DNA from: Protoeuglena noctilucae
Lineage: Eukaryota
Assembly (NCBI GenBank): GCA_958009085.1
Contig: OY253669.1
Location: forward strand, 248,001-312,000
DNA length: 64,000 nucleotides
Reading direction: 5' to 3'
Shown here piece after piece: positions 48,695 to 62,351 of the stretch (its first letter is position 1; each line of letters begins with the position of its first letter). Below the pieces are notes generated by a model. It was not told the origin of the DNA. It did no database searches and saw only the letters and a list, made by a program, of their open reading frames with translations. The position numbers and the translations under genes are program-made.

Positions 48695-49897
48695 TCACGC
48701 CGGCAGTGGGCGTGCGGCTGCCCCTCCCTCCGCATCCTCTGGCGCTCGCGCTTCGGCCCCCGACGTCGGCCCCGAACCCAGACCCATCTCCACGTCTCCC
48801 TCCTCCGCTGCCGGCCGCTGCTCCCCCGACGCTGTCCCGGCCCCGCTCCCCTGCCGCGCCGCAGCCACCTCGGGAGGGGCTGGCCGCTCGGGGTCGCCCG
48901 GCTCGGTCCGGGCGCGGGCCACGCGGCGCATATGGAGGATCTGCACGGCCCGGATGACGACGTAGATGGGCACGATGAAGGCGATGACCTTGAAGGTGAT
49001 GTCCAGCCACCTGTGGGGTGGGGTACACAGGGCTCCTTAGCAAAAGATCCCCAACTACGTCAACTAGACCACGCATCCAGCGGTTCCTGCCAAAGCGACG
49101 AGGAGCTCACCCGTACATCCGCAAGGTGTTGGCGGCGTAGACGTACGTGATGGTGTAGAGCACGGCGACGGCGGCTAAGAGGATCAGCAGCGACCTGCAC
49201 GACGCGCGGCGCTGCTGCTGCTGCTGCTGCTGCTGTTGCACCGGGGTCGGCTGGTACGTCGACCCGCCGAAGTCCCAGTAAACGATGACCTCCCCGTTGC
49301 GCTGGATGATGCGCACCCCTTGCAGCGCCTGGTGCGCCATCAGTATGCGCTCTGTCTCCCGCTCCTCTTGCTGCCGTTGCCGCCTGCGAGGGCCCAGAGG
49401 CGTGCGGAGCTACCGAGTGCAGCTACTAGCATGCGACATGCTCAGCACGTATGGAAGCATCTGCAAGGGCCCTCACACCTCTGGGCACGCTCCACCGCCT
49501 TGGCGAGCCGGTCCTTCACGCCTCCGTCGAAGTCCTTGCCGCATATCTCGCACCTCGCCACCCCCCGCTCCTGGCACCACTTTTTGAGGCACTTGTAGTG
49601 AAATAAGTCCAGCCTCCCCCTACATTCGCAGGGGGAAATGACGTCTCCATCCGGCCCAGGCCCCTCGAAGCAGATCCTGCACTCGCGTTCCCCGGGCTCT
49701 CCGCCCTCCCGTTCCCCGGAATCTCCGCCCGTGTCCGCGTCCATGGGCCTCGGCGGCGCGCTCGCCAAGGACTCGAGGTGCGCGCTCGCCCTGCTCCCGG
49801 AGGGGCTCAAAGCGCTGTCCACGCTCGCAGAGCGCGCCGGCCCTTCCGCCATCTCCACATCAGTCGCATCATGCGCTCGCGACGAAGAAGCGACCAT
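48695..49897 (-). CDS. RING-CH (RINGv, MARCH-like) E3 ubiquitin ligase with TM segments
   Basis: CRICFE...ISPCECRGRLDLFHYKCLKKWCQERGVARCEIC (C4HC3), then poly-Q and two hydrophobic segments. Confidence 0.88.
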
Positions 49898-50628
49898 GGA
49901 CGTTGATCAGCGACGCCCACTGCGGTAAAAAGCGAACGATTGGTATGTCACAACATCGCCGTACCGCTTGGCCAGAAACAAACATCGACGCGGCTCTTGA
50001 GATCAGTAAGTGCGACGAGGGGGGCCGCGGCCCGAAGCTAGCCCGCTATGCAGCTCAAACCTGGGCGCGCTGTTCAGGGCCGCGCCCCAGAAGATGCACG
50101 CGTCAAGACGATCCCAAACGATACATGCGGATACATGCGTCAGGTTGAGGTGTCCTTGAACTAACAGAAAACAGTTCGTCCAGATCGTTCCATCGACAAA
50201 GCCACCGGCTGAGAAAACTAGGGCGCACGGCGCTTTTTCTCGACTGTCCTTTCGTTTCGATGGATCGAAGAGGACACTAGTGGTTTGCATCACAGCGCGC
50301 CAGACGCCCTGGGCTGGAAATGCCGCGGGCGGCGCCGGTGATGGCCGTCAGTGAGGTGCTTTTCCGACCCTCGGCTCGCCCGAGGCGGCGCTGACACTCC
50401 GGTGAGCACCATTACACCGCTGGAACGAGCCAGTCCAGCGCAGTCGTGTTCCCCGCATTGAGCAGTGGCCTGCAAGGACATTCATCGCCCTTGGCAGCCG
50501 CGTTCCGGGACCGCACATTGCCGCGCCCGGCGACGTCAGTGTCAAGAACGTGAGCCTGAGCAGGCTCCCGTCCAAGGTATCTCCGCCCAGGGGGGCGGGG
50601 CTTGCCTTCCGAACAGGACAGCCAGGCG

Positions 50629-53514
50629 ATGGGGATTCAGGGGCTGCTTCCGCAGCTCAAGAGCATCACCGTCGAGAAACATGTGGCAGACTTCAAGGTG
50701 AGCGCGCCGTGCGCAGCTTTTCCCGTGAAAGCGTGCGGGCTGTCCTCGCCGCGCTGGGCCTGCAGCGCACGCGTCGTTCAATCGCCGTGCGTCTCCCCGC
50801 GCTCGCCCAGGGTCAGACAGTCGCCGTGGACGCTTTTTGCTGGCTCCATCGCTCGGCGTACCTTTGCCCGAAAGAGCTGGCGGAGGGCGAATACGCCACC
50901 AAGTACGTGCACTTCTGCCTGGAGGTGCGGAGCAGGGCGCGAATGGCCAGGCGGACCGTGGCGCCGGATATTGTTATTGGACCGTTTTGCATCGATGAGT
51001 TGTCCGCAGAGGACCAAGATGCTGATTAGCGCCGGCATTCGGGTCCTGGTCGTGTTCGATGGCGGGGCCCTGCCGGCCAAGGCCAACGAGGCCGACGAGC
51101 GCCGCCGTGTTCGCCAGGAGAATCGGGACCGCGCGAGAGAGGTGTGTGCTGCGTTTCTCGCGCATCCGCTCGCCGCCGAGCGCGCCCTGCCTGCCACCAC
51201 CGTCTGGCATGCCTCGCCCGCCCCGCTCCGCTGCAGCTGATGGCCAGCGGCAACACGCACGCGGCGATGGAGTGCTATCGCAAAGCGGTGAACATCACGC
51301 CGGAGGTGGCCCGGCGCCTCGTCCTCACCCTCCGCCAGCACCGCATCGAGTACCTCGTCGCGCCCTTTGAGGCGGATGCCCAGATGGCGTACCTGGCGCG
51401 CGCCGGCATCGTGGACGCCGTCATCACGGAGGACTCGGACCTGCTGATCTACGGGTGCCCCCGCGTGCTCTTCAAGCTCGAGCGGGACGGTGCGTGCGCT
51501 GCGCTGGGCGCGCCCCGTCGGTGTCGCGTCCCTAAGGGCCTCACAGGATTGCAGAGGCATGCAGCGCCTACACGCGACCTCATAGATGCGTCATGTTGCG
51601 CTTACGCAGGGCGGGTGCAGGCGGTGGAGACGGCGGACCTGCCGCAGTGCCGGGAGCTCCGTCTGACGGGCTTCACGCCAGACATGTTCCGGGATATGTG
51701 CATTCTCGCGGGCTGCGACTTCTTGCCCTCCCCCAAGGTGTGACTTGGCTTGTTCCCTCCTTCACTGGCTGCCATTATCTCGCCGGGCGCGTGCCCGGTC
51801 GCCTGGTACCCAAGGCATGGCGACGGTACCGTCGCTCCGCAGGGCATGGGCATCAAGAGAGCCCACAAGTTCATCAAGGAGTGCAAGTGCTTCGCGCGCG
51901 CCTGCAAGCAGATACGCTACGCGGGCATCCCCATGCCCCAGGGCTACGAGGCCGCGTGCCAGGTCGCGGTATGGACCTTCCAGCACCAGCGTGTGTACTG
52001 CCCCCGCCGCCGCGTCATCGTGCACCTAAACCCCATGCCCGACGGGGCGCTGCAAGTGGACCCGGAGTTCAAGTGAGAGCCCTGACGCCGCGCCAGTTGC
52101 ACGATTTGCCTCCGTGCGAGAGCGCACCTGCCTCCCTCTGGCGCGTCACGCGGACCCTTTGTCCTGCCTTGCCCATCCTTCCCAGGAAACTCTTCCACGC
52201 GGTCGCGGAGAATCTCGGCAAGGACATGCAGTTCCTGGGGCCGGAGATTCCGGACTCCAAAGTGCAGGGGATCGTTCGGGGGGACCTCCACCCCACGACA
52301 TGGGAGCCCTTCCCTGAAGAGACGGTGCCGCCAGAGCTGCGGCCGCGATCTGGGGAGGCGTCCGGGGCCACTCCAGGGCTGTCTGGCGGGCAGAAGACGT
52401 TGGGAGAGACCCTGGGGAGGGTGTTCGGGGCATCGGAGGGGCGCCGCGCCACCGCATCCTCCTCCACGGCCGGCCTGCCCAGCGGGCTCTGGCCGGCCGC
52501 GCGCGACGGCGCCGAGGGGGCGTTCCGTCCGCCGGGGGTAGCCCGTGCGGCAGGGACCGGCGGTTCGAATCCCAGGTGCGGGGAACTGCCTTACACAGCA
52601 CTCTCGCGGGGCCTCTTGCTTAGCCGAAGGTTGAGGGGTTCTTGCACGGGTGGCCGATGCGGTGCGACATCGGCCGCACCAGCGCCACGCTGCGCTTCGC
52701 ATCCTGCTCTCGCAGGTCCGAGAGCTCCCACGGCGCGTCCACCGCGGGAGGGGTGCAGGACCCGGACCCTTTCCCTCCCAACGCGCCGCGCGTCGTGAGT
52801 CGCTTCTTCCGCCCGCCGCGTAAGGCCGTCGCCGCAGAGGACGCGGCCGCAGAGGCCGGGGAGGGCGGCCCCTCGACCAGTGCCCCCAACGCAGCACAGA
52901 AGGGGCCTGCTGGCGAGGTGGCGCTGGCCGCGGACATCGGGGCCATCTATTCAGCCGGTTTCCGGCCCGCGAAGCTTCTGGGGAGCACGCAGGAGGTTTT
53001 GTCGACGCGGCCAACAGCGGCGCCTCCCGTGTCTGGCGACGAGCGCGGCCAGGGGGACGAGGCTGGGAATGCAAGTGTCGCGGACGGGTGTGGGGTTGAG
53101 CGGGGTGCATGGGGGCCCGGGAGGGGCGCCGGGTCTGCGGCTGAGGACGAGGGGTGCCCCAGCCGTGCCAACAGCGCCCCGGCCACGGGGGGCTATGTGG
53201 GCCTGGACCTGCGGCACGTGCGGGGAGCCAGCGACGCAGCCCGGTCGGCGATCGCGGCCGCCGCGGGCGAAGTCGGCGCGGGTGTGAGCCCCTTGGACCG
53301 GTTCCGATTTCGGGGCGGTGGCGCGGGGGCGTTAAGCGCGGCGCAGTCGGCGCGCATGCCGGGGCTCAAGCGGCCCTTTAAGCCGCCGCGGCCGCTGGTG
53401 CCGGGCAAGGAGAACGATCCGCCTGGGGCGGCGAGGGACGCTGCGCAGGGGACCAAGCGGCCGCGGGGATCGCTGGGAGAGCAACTGAGGGAGTTCGCCT
53501 TCTCGCAGCCCTAG
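50629..53514 (+). CDS. EXO1: Exonuclease 1 (XPG/RAD2 family)
   Basis: MGIQGLLPQLK, VAVDAFCWLHR, VVFDGGALPAK, VAPFEADAQMAYL, ITEDSDLLIYGC, MCILAGCDFLPS..GMGIKRA and FQHQRVYCP. Confidence 0.95.
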
Positions 53515-53643
53515 ATACGCATAGACACATGGGGTAGTCCTACTTCTAGAAAAACGCGAATGTGATCTACTCAGCTAGTTGATCCATGCCCTGGCATGGA
53601 GAGTCCAGCTCTTTGCAACATCTGCGTGAAGTCACCAGTGGTG

Positions 53644-55017
53644 TCAGGGAGGGAACTCCACCACGAAGCGCGTCCTCTGCACGTGCTGGCCCATCCCCAG
53701 CTCCTCCAGCGTCCACCTCATGTGGGGGGGCGTGGGGGAGACGACCCGGACCGCCCCTGCCGGCGTCGCCACGACCAGCTCCCGGCTGTGCAAGTGCAGG
53801 TCGGCGTGCAGATCGGCGTCAAAGCCCTTGCGCCTCACGGCGTCGCCCGCCGCACTCCCCCTCAGCCGCGTGCGCCCATCAGAGCCCCGCCTCGCTCCCG
53901 ACCAGGGTATTGGGTCTCCGACGATCGGCGCACCCAGCACGGATGCGCAGTGCTCCCGGAGCTGCCGCTTCCTGCCCGTCAGCGGTGCGAGCCGCAGCAG
54001 GGCCCGTCCACCAGACACGGCCAGCACCTCGTAAGCCGTCACTGCGCCCGCCCCTTCGTTGCCCGTCCGAACGAGCCCCTGCAGCAATGCAGTGCCAGAC
54101 GCGGTAAGCAGATGGCACAGGGCAGAGTGCCCGGGGTGCCCCGGCCCGAGCTGCACCCCGTACCGTGGATGAAATTGTGGCGGGCTGGGTCCAGTTGTCC
54201 ACCAGAGCATGATACGTTTTCCGGAGCCGCATGTCGCCCTCAGTGCAGAGGACCTCGCCTCCTGGTCCCCGCGAAAACACGTCCCCGGCCTCCCCCGCAG
54301 CCAACGCCTCTTGCGTCTGCCGTCGCAGCGCATTGGTGAACGCGGCTGCCGATCCACGCCCAAACGCGACCAGGATGCACCCCGCAGTCCCAGCGTCCAG
54401 CCGATGCACGAGCTTTGGGAAGTTGGCCTCGCTTTGCCTGTCCTGACTGAACACGCGCGGCAGGGCCCGGTCCAGAGACTCCTCGATGCCATCCCCCCCT
54501 TGCGTGGGCACCCCCGCTGGCTTGTCCAGCACCGCCCATGCTGAGCACCGGTACAGCACCCGCCTCGAGAGCTCCGCCACCAGCGCGTCGGAGCACGGGC
54601 GCGAGGTCCGCGCTGCGACTGGCTCCTTGCATCCCAGGTCCGCCCATCGGATGGCCACTCGGGCACCGCTCGGTAGGGGCGATGCCCCCGACACGCGCCT
54701 CATGCGGTCGTCATGGAGGCACCTGCGAACGGGCTGGGTCATCAGCTCGGTCCCAGCGGTTGATATCTGCGCTGAGGGGCAGCTTGCCGAGCTAGCCGAG
54801 ACCTGATGAGTCGCTTCCGGGACGCGGTGATGAGCGCGCTGCGCGAGACGCGCTCTCGCAACTCTCCAGCTAGCCAAGCGAACGCGGTGGGTTGTGCGCC
54901 CGTGAGCGACGAGCTCGCTGGGGAGCTCACGAACCAGATGGAGCGACTGAGGTGGCGGGAGAGGTCGCTCGGGCTGCTGAACCACCTCGCAGCCCCTGCG
55001 AGACGGGGCGGCAGCAT
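53644..55017 (-). CDS. RluA-family RNA pseudouridine synthase (organellar-type)
   Basis: VLDKPAGVPTQGG, LVHRLDAGTAG, KTYHALV, PLTGRKRQLREHCA..LGAPIVGD and LHLHS. Confidence 0.88.
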
Positions 55018-55373
55018 GGGAGCTGCGCCTTTGGACCGCGAGATGCCAAGGTATCCACGGGATGCCCTCGAAATGAGGGGAAGAGCTGACTGGCGGCGTC
55101 ACAGCAAGTGCATGCGCTTCCCTCCGCCTCTAACGGGAGCTGCACCTGTTAGCGATCCACACATTTCCTCCATGCGCATGCCTTGGATGTCGAGCATTGG
55201 ATGGACGCGGTCCCCACTCGCAACTGCGGGGTCGTCGAATACCTAGGCCTTCTCCGACCCGGCCCTGGCGTGGAATCGCGCGAAGTCGCCACTAAGTGTT
55301 TCGCCGCTAAGTGTTTTAGGCGCATCTGTGGCTTTGTCAAGTGCCTCGTTGCCCGGGCGCTCGGGACAGGGCC

Positions 55374-56458
55374 ATGGGCAAGAATCGGCAAAAGCAGAGA
55401 GCGCCGCGGGAGGAGGAGGTTGCGGGCGCGCCGGAAGCTGCGCCGGTCGCGGTGAATCGGCCTTCTGGGTCAAGCAGGAAGGTTGTGGTGATCCCTATGG
55501 CACCCAAGGCTCGCAACTCGGATGCGCAACCAGGGAAAGTGAGTTGCACGGCCCTCACCGGCAAGCCCCGGATGGCGCGCCCAAATCTCTCCGCCCTTTC
55601 GTTATGTCAACTGTGCTCCCCGCGCACAGGAATCCGGAGGAGCGCGGACCGAGTCCCACCCCCAAGGGGCCGCCATCGTCGACGAGGTGGTGTCGCGCAT
55701 GGGGCAGCTCGGAGTCGGGACGCCGCCCCCGGCCGGTGCGACGGATCCCCCAGCACCCGCGCCCACCAAGGTCCCGTTCTACCGGGCGAGGAGGCGGAGG
55801 AAGGCGTCTCCTCGGCCCGTCTCTTGGCACGATGCGCCCATGGACGTGCAGCGGCACATCCTGGACATGCTGCCGCGGCGGCACGCGTGCGTGGCGCGGG
55901 CGGTGTGCAAGCCGTGGCTGGAGATGGTGGACGAGGCGTGGGCGGGCCGCACCGCCGAGGAGTGGCCGCCGCTGCGGATGGACGAGCACCTGGCGCGGAA
56001 GGTGCGCGGAGGTGCCCCGCAATCCAAGCCGAGCCAGACTGGGGATTGCTGGGCTGGTATACGCGGCATTCCGTGGGGACGCGGATCTGGCGCGGCTCCT
56101 GCTGGACCGCGGGGTGGACCCGGGGGAGCGGGACCGGGAGGGCCGTTCGGCGATGCACGTGGCGGCCTTCTACGGCCACGTGCCCGTCATGCACGCGCTG
56201 GTCGAGTACGGCGCGATCATGGGCGCCCTGGACGACGGCGGGCGGTCTGTGCTGCACTACGCGGCTGCCATCGGTCGGCGAGGGGCGGTGCGGTTTGCCC
56301 TGCAGTTTGGGGTCAAGTCCAACGAGGATGTGTCCTACATGCTTCCGTCGGACTATGCACGTGAGGCTGGGAACAGGGAGCTGGTTGAGCTGCTGGGAGG
56401 GGAGGGGGAGGAAGATGACGACGATGACTACGACGAAAGTTCCGAGGAGGACGCATAG
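55374..56458 (+). CDS. F-box plus ankyrin-repeat protein (3 exons)
   Basis: F-box-like WHDAPMDVQRHILDML...ARAVCKPW; ankyrin repeats LVYAAFRGDADLARLLLDRG, DREGRSAMHVAAFYGHVPVMHALVEYGA and DDGGRSVLHYAA; acidic tail. Confidence 0.75.
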
Positions 56459-57561
56459 GAGTGGAGTGGTAGCCATGGGGCAGGTCCGGGAAGGGGGGAA
56501 GAGGAAGCGCTTCCTCCTGACCTGGTGCTCGACGGTGAGGCAGATAACAAGCAGCTTCGCGCACGGTCCCGTGCACTCGCTCGGATGCTGATGACGCCGC
56601 TTCCCGCACTCCGTCGCAGTGGCCACGGAGGAGCATGGCGGTACCAGGGTCTCTCTGCCTGGCGTAGCTAGTCAGCGCCCTCATGTCATTCAGTTTGCAC
56701 AACTGACCTGTCTTGGCCGTGCATTCGTTCTTCCAGCATGGGAAGCACTATGCAGTTTGTCATGGCTGCAGGCAGCCGCTTTGCCTACTGACCCATGAAG
56801 CCGCTGCTTGCTGCTGCAAAGAGCGCGAAGGGGTGTCCACAGACTGGCGGTGTCACAACCTGCACATGCGCTTCGCTCTGACGAGCTGCACCCGTTCACG
56901 ATCCACACTTTCCTTCCGTGTGCTTGCCTGGTGGATCGAGCATCAGACGCGGTCCCTATTTGCAACTGCGGGCTGTGGAGCACCATAGCCTTTTCCAGTG
57001 CCGGGCGCTACCCCGCGACCCCGCCCTGGCGTGGAATCGCGTGAATTCGCAGCTGATTGTTCCTGTGTAGGTGCACGCATTGCCCTGTCGGGCGCCCCGT
57101 TGCCCGGGCGGCCGGGGCAGGGACCATGGGCGAGGAGCCGGGGGCCGATCCGTCGCCGTTCACGGTGAGCGGTGGATCCGCGGGGACCGCATGTCACTCA
57201 GGCGTGCGATTGCTCGCGATCAGGGGCCGAACAGTCCGGGGTAGACGCGCTGCGAGCGTGGTGGCACGCGAGGCTTTTTGGGGATGGGCCATTGGGGCGC
57301 GAGCGATGGTTCGTTGACGCTTGCGTGATGCTGGGCTCTTTGGCGTCCGCAATCAGTGACAGTTCCAAGCGCGGATCCTTTCGCGGCCGCCGTACGCGCC
57401 CAAGCTCCGCGGCTGCCCATGAGACCGCTCTGGCCCCGCGCGTTGCCGACAGGGAGCTCGAATTCAGTGAAGCGTGCATCGCTATGTCCTCATGACGTAC
57501 TGCAAGCCAGGGTAGTTGCCTTAGCTCTCTTTGCGACCCTGGTTCCATCGCGGCATCGCAG

Positions 57562-60500
57562 GTCTCGCAATGGATCCTCCAGTTCTACAGCGCGAGCGAC
57601 ACATCGGCGCAAGCTCGCGCACAGGCTCTCCTCACCCAGTTCCAGTACAGCCAGTCGGTCTTCGACGTCTGCATGGCCCTGCTGCAGCAGTCATATCCCG
57701 CCGAGGCGAGCCCGCGTTGGCTTTTCCTGCCCGCGCCCGCTACCCGGGCCGCAGCGGAACCGTGTTTGGGATGCATTCGTGCAGGTTAAGTTCTACTGCG
57801 CGGCCATGTTGCGCGAGAAGGTCCGGAAGGAGTACCGACAGCTGCCGGACGCGGTCAGCCATCGCCTGGTGGCTTTCCTCGGAGAGCAGATCCAATCCCT
57901 CTCGACGGGCCCCGCCGCGAACGGGATCGTGGCGCGCACCCTCTGCAACATCCTCGCGGCGTTAGCCGTGGCCCAGGTGGGGAGCACGGAGGATCGCTTT
58001 TGCTGAGTCTCGTCGTCCACGCCTTCGCTCCTGCCCCGCCACTCAGCGATGCCGTCCCGCGCGCTCTCGTCTGCAGGGCAAAGACGCGGTCGTCTCCACG
58101 ACGCGCCATGCGCTGCAGCTCGCGGCGGGCGCGGGGAGCCAGTCACCCGAGGCGTCTGCTGTGACCATCGCGCTGAGCATCCTCTCAGCCCTGCAGGACG
58201 AGATGCACACTCGCGGGGCGCTGGCCAACGCGGACGCCGGGACCCAGGGCGCCGTGCTCGCGATGGTGCCGGAGGTGGTGGGCCTGTGCTGGTCCCTGCT
58301 GCAACGTCCCCAGGAGGAGGGTGACGACCGCAGCGCGGACCTGACGGCGGCGGCGGTGGCGACGATGCGGGCGTGGCTGGCGGGCGCAGACAGCAGCGAG
58401 TGGGGCGCGTGCGTCGCGCCGGGGCAGCTGCAGCAGTGGAACGCGGCCCTTCTGCACCGCCTGGCGGACCTGACTCAGGCCAGCGAGGCCAAGGTGGCGC
58501 AGGCGGCCACCGAGGTACTGGTGAGATCCGGTTGCAGTTTGTCAGCGAGAACCCTGTCCCTTTGCGGCCCATGCCCAGTTGTACGTTGGCATCTGATCCG
58601 CATTGGTGGAGACTGCTGTCACGGCCCTGGTTTCGCAGGTCGAGGTCTTTTCCCCAGGTCTGGACTCGCAAGACCCGGAGCACGACTTGGCGGCGGCACA
58701 GGCGGTCGCTGGCAGGTTGCTGGCGGCGAGGGATTCTGGCGGCCTGGCGTCAGAGAACGCGGCACGGTCCCTGGGGATGGTCTTCGTTGCCATCGCGGAG
58801 AGGGCTCCCGAGGCGAGTCGACGAGCGCACTCTCACTGCCCGACGCGACAGGCGTGACCTTTGCTTGCGTCCCAGCACATGCATGGGCCGCTGCGTAGTG
58901 GGCCAGTGCTGTTGAGTCGCTCAGGTCTTCTAGCGTTGGAACCTGCTGATTGTATCGATCGTGGTTGACACTGGGTCCTTTTCGCTTGCAGGCGTGCGCG
59001 GGCAAGTGGCCCGAGGCTCTGCCGATGGCCCAGGTGATGCTGGAGCTGGCGCGGATGCCCTCCAAGCGCGTCGCCGACACCGCTTTCGAGTACTTCTCCT
59101 GCATCAACTACGGTGAGGCTCTCAAATGACTCACGAACGACCGGATCTGAACAAGCGGATCGCCATGACCTGGCTTGGGTAGGGCGACAGGACCCTTGGG
59201 CCTGCCCGGTTGGTCACTTGGGACAAACCAACCTCCGCGCCACGTGCCCCCTGTCCTGCAGTGGAGATGGCGGCGCGGCACGAGGCGCTGCGAGAGACAG
59301 TGTGGGAGCACCTGCTGCCGTCCGTGCTGCAGCACGCCAAGTACCCCAGGGACTTTACCAGCTGGGCCGACAGTGTGGACATGGATCAGGGATACTTCGA
59401 GTCATACAGGGACCACGTCCTGGCGGACATGGTGGAGACGACGTACGCCGTCCTGCGCGCCAGGTGCCTGCACATGCTGGGGGCGGCTGCGGGGGGGCAG
59501 GACTGGAGGGACGTGGAGGCGGCGCTCTTTGCGCTGCGCTGCGTGGCGGGGGAGGTGCGGCGGCACCTGCAGGCGGGGCCGGGGCGATCGGGGGACGACG
59601 CGGGGCAGACGGCGCGGTTCCTGGAGGGGCTGATGGGCGCTGTGGCGCAGGACGGGATGGGCGCGGGGCCCGGGGCGCTGTCGTCGAACCCGCACGTCGT
59701 GTCCGCGTGCGCGCGCATGGTGGGGGCCTACGCCAAATGGATCGCGACGTGGGAGGCGAGTCCTTTGGAGGGGATTGTGCGGTACCTGATGAGGGCCGTG
59801 ACGGTACCCGAGGCGGCGACCTTCGCGTCCAGGGCGTTCAGGGACCTGGCCAGTGCCGGGGCGGCTCGCCTGGCCAGCCCGGGCACGTGCGCGGCGCTGT
59901 TGGATATGGCGGCGGGGGTGGCGGGTGAGCGGCGGGGCGGGCGCGCTTGGCTTGGGGTGGTTGCGGTGGGGCGGTCAGAGTGGACGGGAGCGACGCCCGC
60001 TGCTGAGCAAGACGGTTGTGAACGTTCATGCGCTCTCCTCACGTCCCGCAGGCATGGCGCACGGGGCGGCATCTCCATCGGTGACGGACCGTTGCCAAAT
60101 CGTGGAGGGCCTTGCCCGCGTGGTGTCCGCGGTGGCCCCCGCGTCGCTCCAGGCCACCGCGGCTGCGTTGACGCACCCGATCGTCGCCCAGCTGGACGCT
60201 TTGACGAAGGCGGCGGAGGAGGCCGACGCGGGGCGGGGCGTGGGTGGAGCATCGGCCGCGTCGTCGCGCACCCTGCGTGAGGCAGTGTCGGGGCAGCTCC
60301 TCTGCCTCGCCACGGCCATCCGCTTCCTGGAGGGCGCGCACGTGCGGCCGCACCCCGCGCTGGCCATGGCAGAGGGCGCGTGGCCGGTCCTGTCACATAT
60401 TGTCGAGGCGCAGGGGCTGGTGCAGGACGCCGGGGTGTGCGCCGCCCTCTGCGAGGTGTACCGGCGCTGCGTGGACGCCGCGCGAGACGAGGCGGGCCCC

Positions 60501-61940
60501 CTGACCCTCCCCGTCCTGCGTGTGGTCGTGTCGCTGTTTGAGAGGTTCGGCCACGCCGACTGCCTGGGGGTGCTGGGGACGCTGGTGGAGCACTTGGGGT
60601 CGAAGGAGGAAGCGGGGCTGCAGGAGGTGCTGGGGAAGGCGATGAGGGTGAGGGTTGGTGGAGGAGAAGGGAGGTGGGGCGAGGGAGGCAGGTGGAGGTA
60701 CGGTGGCTGAGGCGCCCTGGCTGGTGGATGGTGGTTGTTGCGGCGATGGATGTGGTGGACAGGTCGGTGGTCGGTATGCTGGTCGTTGGAAATGGTGGTT
60801 GCGATGGTTGCGCTGGTGGATGGCGGTGGTCCCAAACACGCTCGTGCTACATGGATGGAGCCGCGCTGGCTGGCGCGATGAGGCAGGCGCTGACCGAGGG
60901 TTGGAATAAGACGGCAGGCGCATGCCCGCGCCGCCAGGCCCCCCCCGAAGGCAGCCAGACTCGTTCCCACGCTGGTGACAGCGTGCCAAGTCACCTGCGC
61001 CCTCCCAAGGCATCCACCCCTGTGCTAGCCCGCTCTCCCTCGGTCCGTCCTCAACCGCCCCGCAGTGCTCTGCGCCGTGCCTTTGCTCCGCCCGAGTCTG
61101 CCCCGCCTCTGTGCTTTGGTGGGCTTTCAATGGACACAACCGTGCTTTGCCCTCTTGTGCCACAGACCATGGTCCGCGCGGCCGTCGACCGCCTCTCGCG
61201 CGGCACTCTGACGGAGTTGGCCGATCGTCAGGACACGGTGGAGGAGCTGATGTCGATGCTTCTCAAGAGCATCGTGTTCTGCAGCCACCAGGCCGCACAG
61301 CTCAGCGCGTGGCCCGACGTGGTGCGGCTGAGCCTCACGACGCTCCGGATGAGCGAGCGGGGGCCCGTCACGGCCACGGCGCAGCTCCTGTCGCGCGCCA
61401 TAGGGGCCGCCCCGCCGATGCGCTCGTCCATGGAGGGCGTGCTCACGACCATGGGCCAGGTGACGACGGCACTGGCTTGGTAGTCAGTAGTAGTAGTAAG
61501 TACGAGTTAGGAACAGTAAGAAGTAGCGGTAAGGTGTTCATGTCCCGCAACACTGCCGTTGGTCATGCCAGCTCTACCCGCAATTGTCCCTGCCGCGTTC
61601 ACGTCCTCCCACCTCGCACCGCTGCCCTGTTCTGCAGGAGCTGGTGGCGTCGCTCGGCCAGGCCATCGCGCACACGGCCCCGCGGGAGTCTCTCCGGCCA
61701 CTCGGTAACCTCCTTCACGGCCTCCTTTGCGACCCCTCGTGGGGCCCTGCAGCGCTCCAGGGGCTGGCCGCCGCGCTCCCAGGGGGCGCGACGCCAGGCT
61801 CTGACGCCGCGCGTTTCCTGGGGCTATGTCAGGGCGCACGGGGCCACACGGCCACTCGGTTCCAGGGCATCGTCTACGACTACGGCAGCGTGTGCCGACA
61901 CGAGGCCACGGGGGACGTCCTGCTGGGGTACGCCATGTGA
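57562..61940 (+). CDS. Importin-beta-family karyopherin (transportin-3/MOS14- or importin-13-like); start codon lies upstream and is uncertain
   Basis: AQALLTQFQYSQ, E/VKFYCAAMLREKVR, RTLCNILAALA, FESYRDHVLADMVETTY and WRDVEAALFALRCV across long HEAT-like helical exons. Confidence 0.75.
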
Positions 61941-62351
61941 CGACGCCGTGTCACGGCCATTGGCTGACGTCTTGCTGAGGTGTGCCATGTGACGGCCCCT
62001 TGCAGCCAAGGGGCGTGGAGTGAGCGCGGTCGCAGTGCGCAGCGAAGGCGGCTCGCACTGCATGGCGCTGTGCGCGGCATTGGGCATCCGCCCGTGGCAT
62101 TCAGGGGGTGCGGCCTTGCTTGTTGGTGCTTGTCGCTTGTCGGTGCCTGGGTTGTTGCCATTGCAGCGAGACCAGAGGCCCGCTCTGGTCAGGGCCAGGG
62201 TGGCATGGAGCATTCCCACATATTCGAATTAAACAGGTCGATGTGCATTGTCTGGCAACAGAAGCGATGCCCCGGCAACAGCGTGGCTAGGTCAAAGCGT
62301 ACCCTCGCACAGTTCTACGCAAGCGAGCGCTGGGTGGCAGGTCCGCAAACG

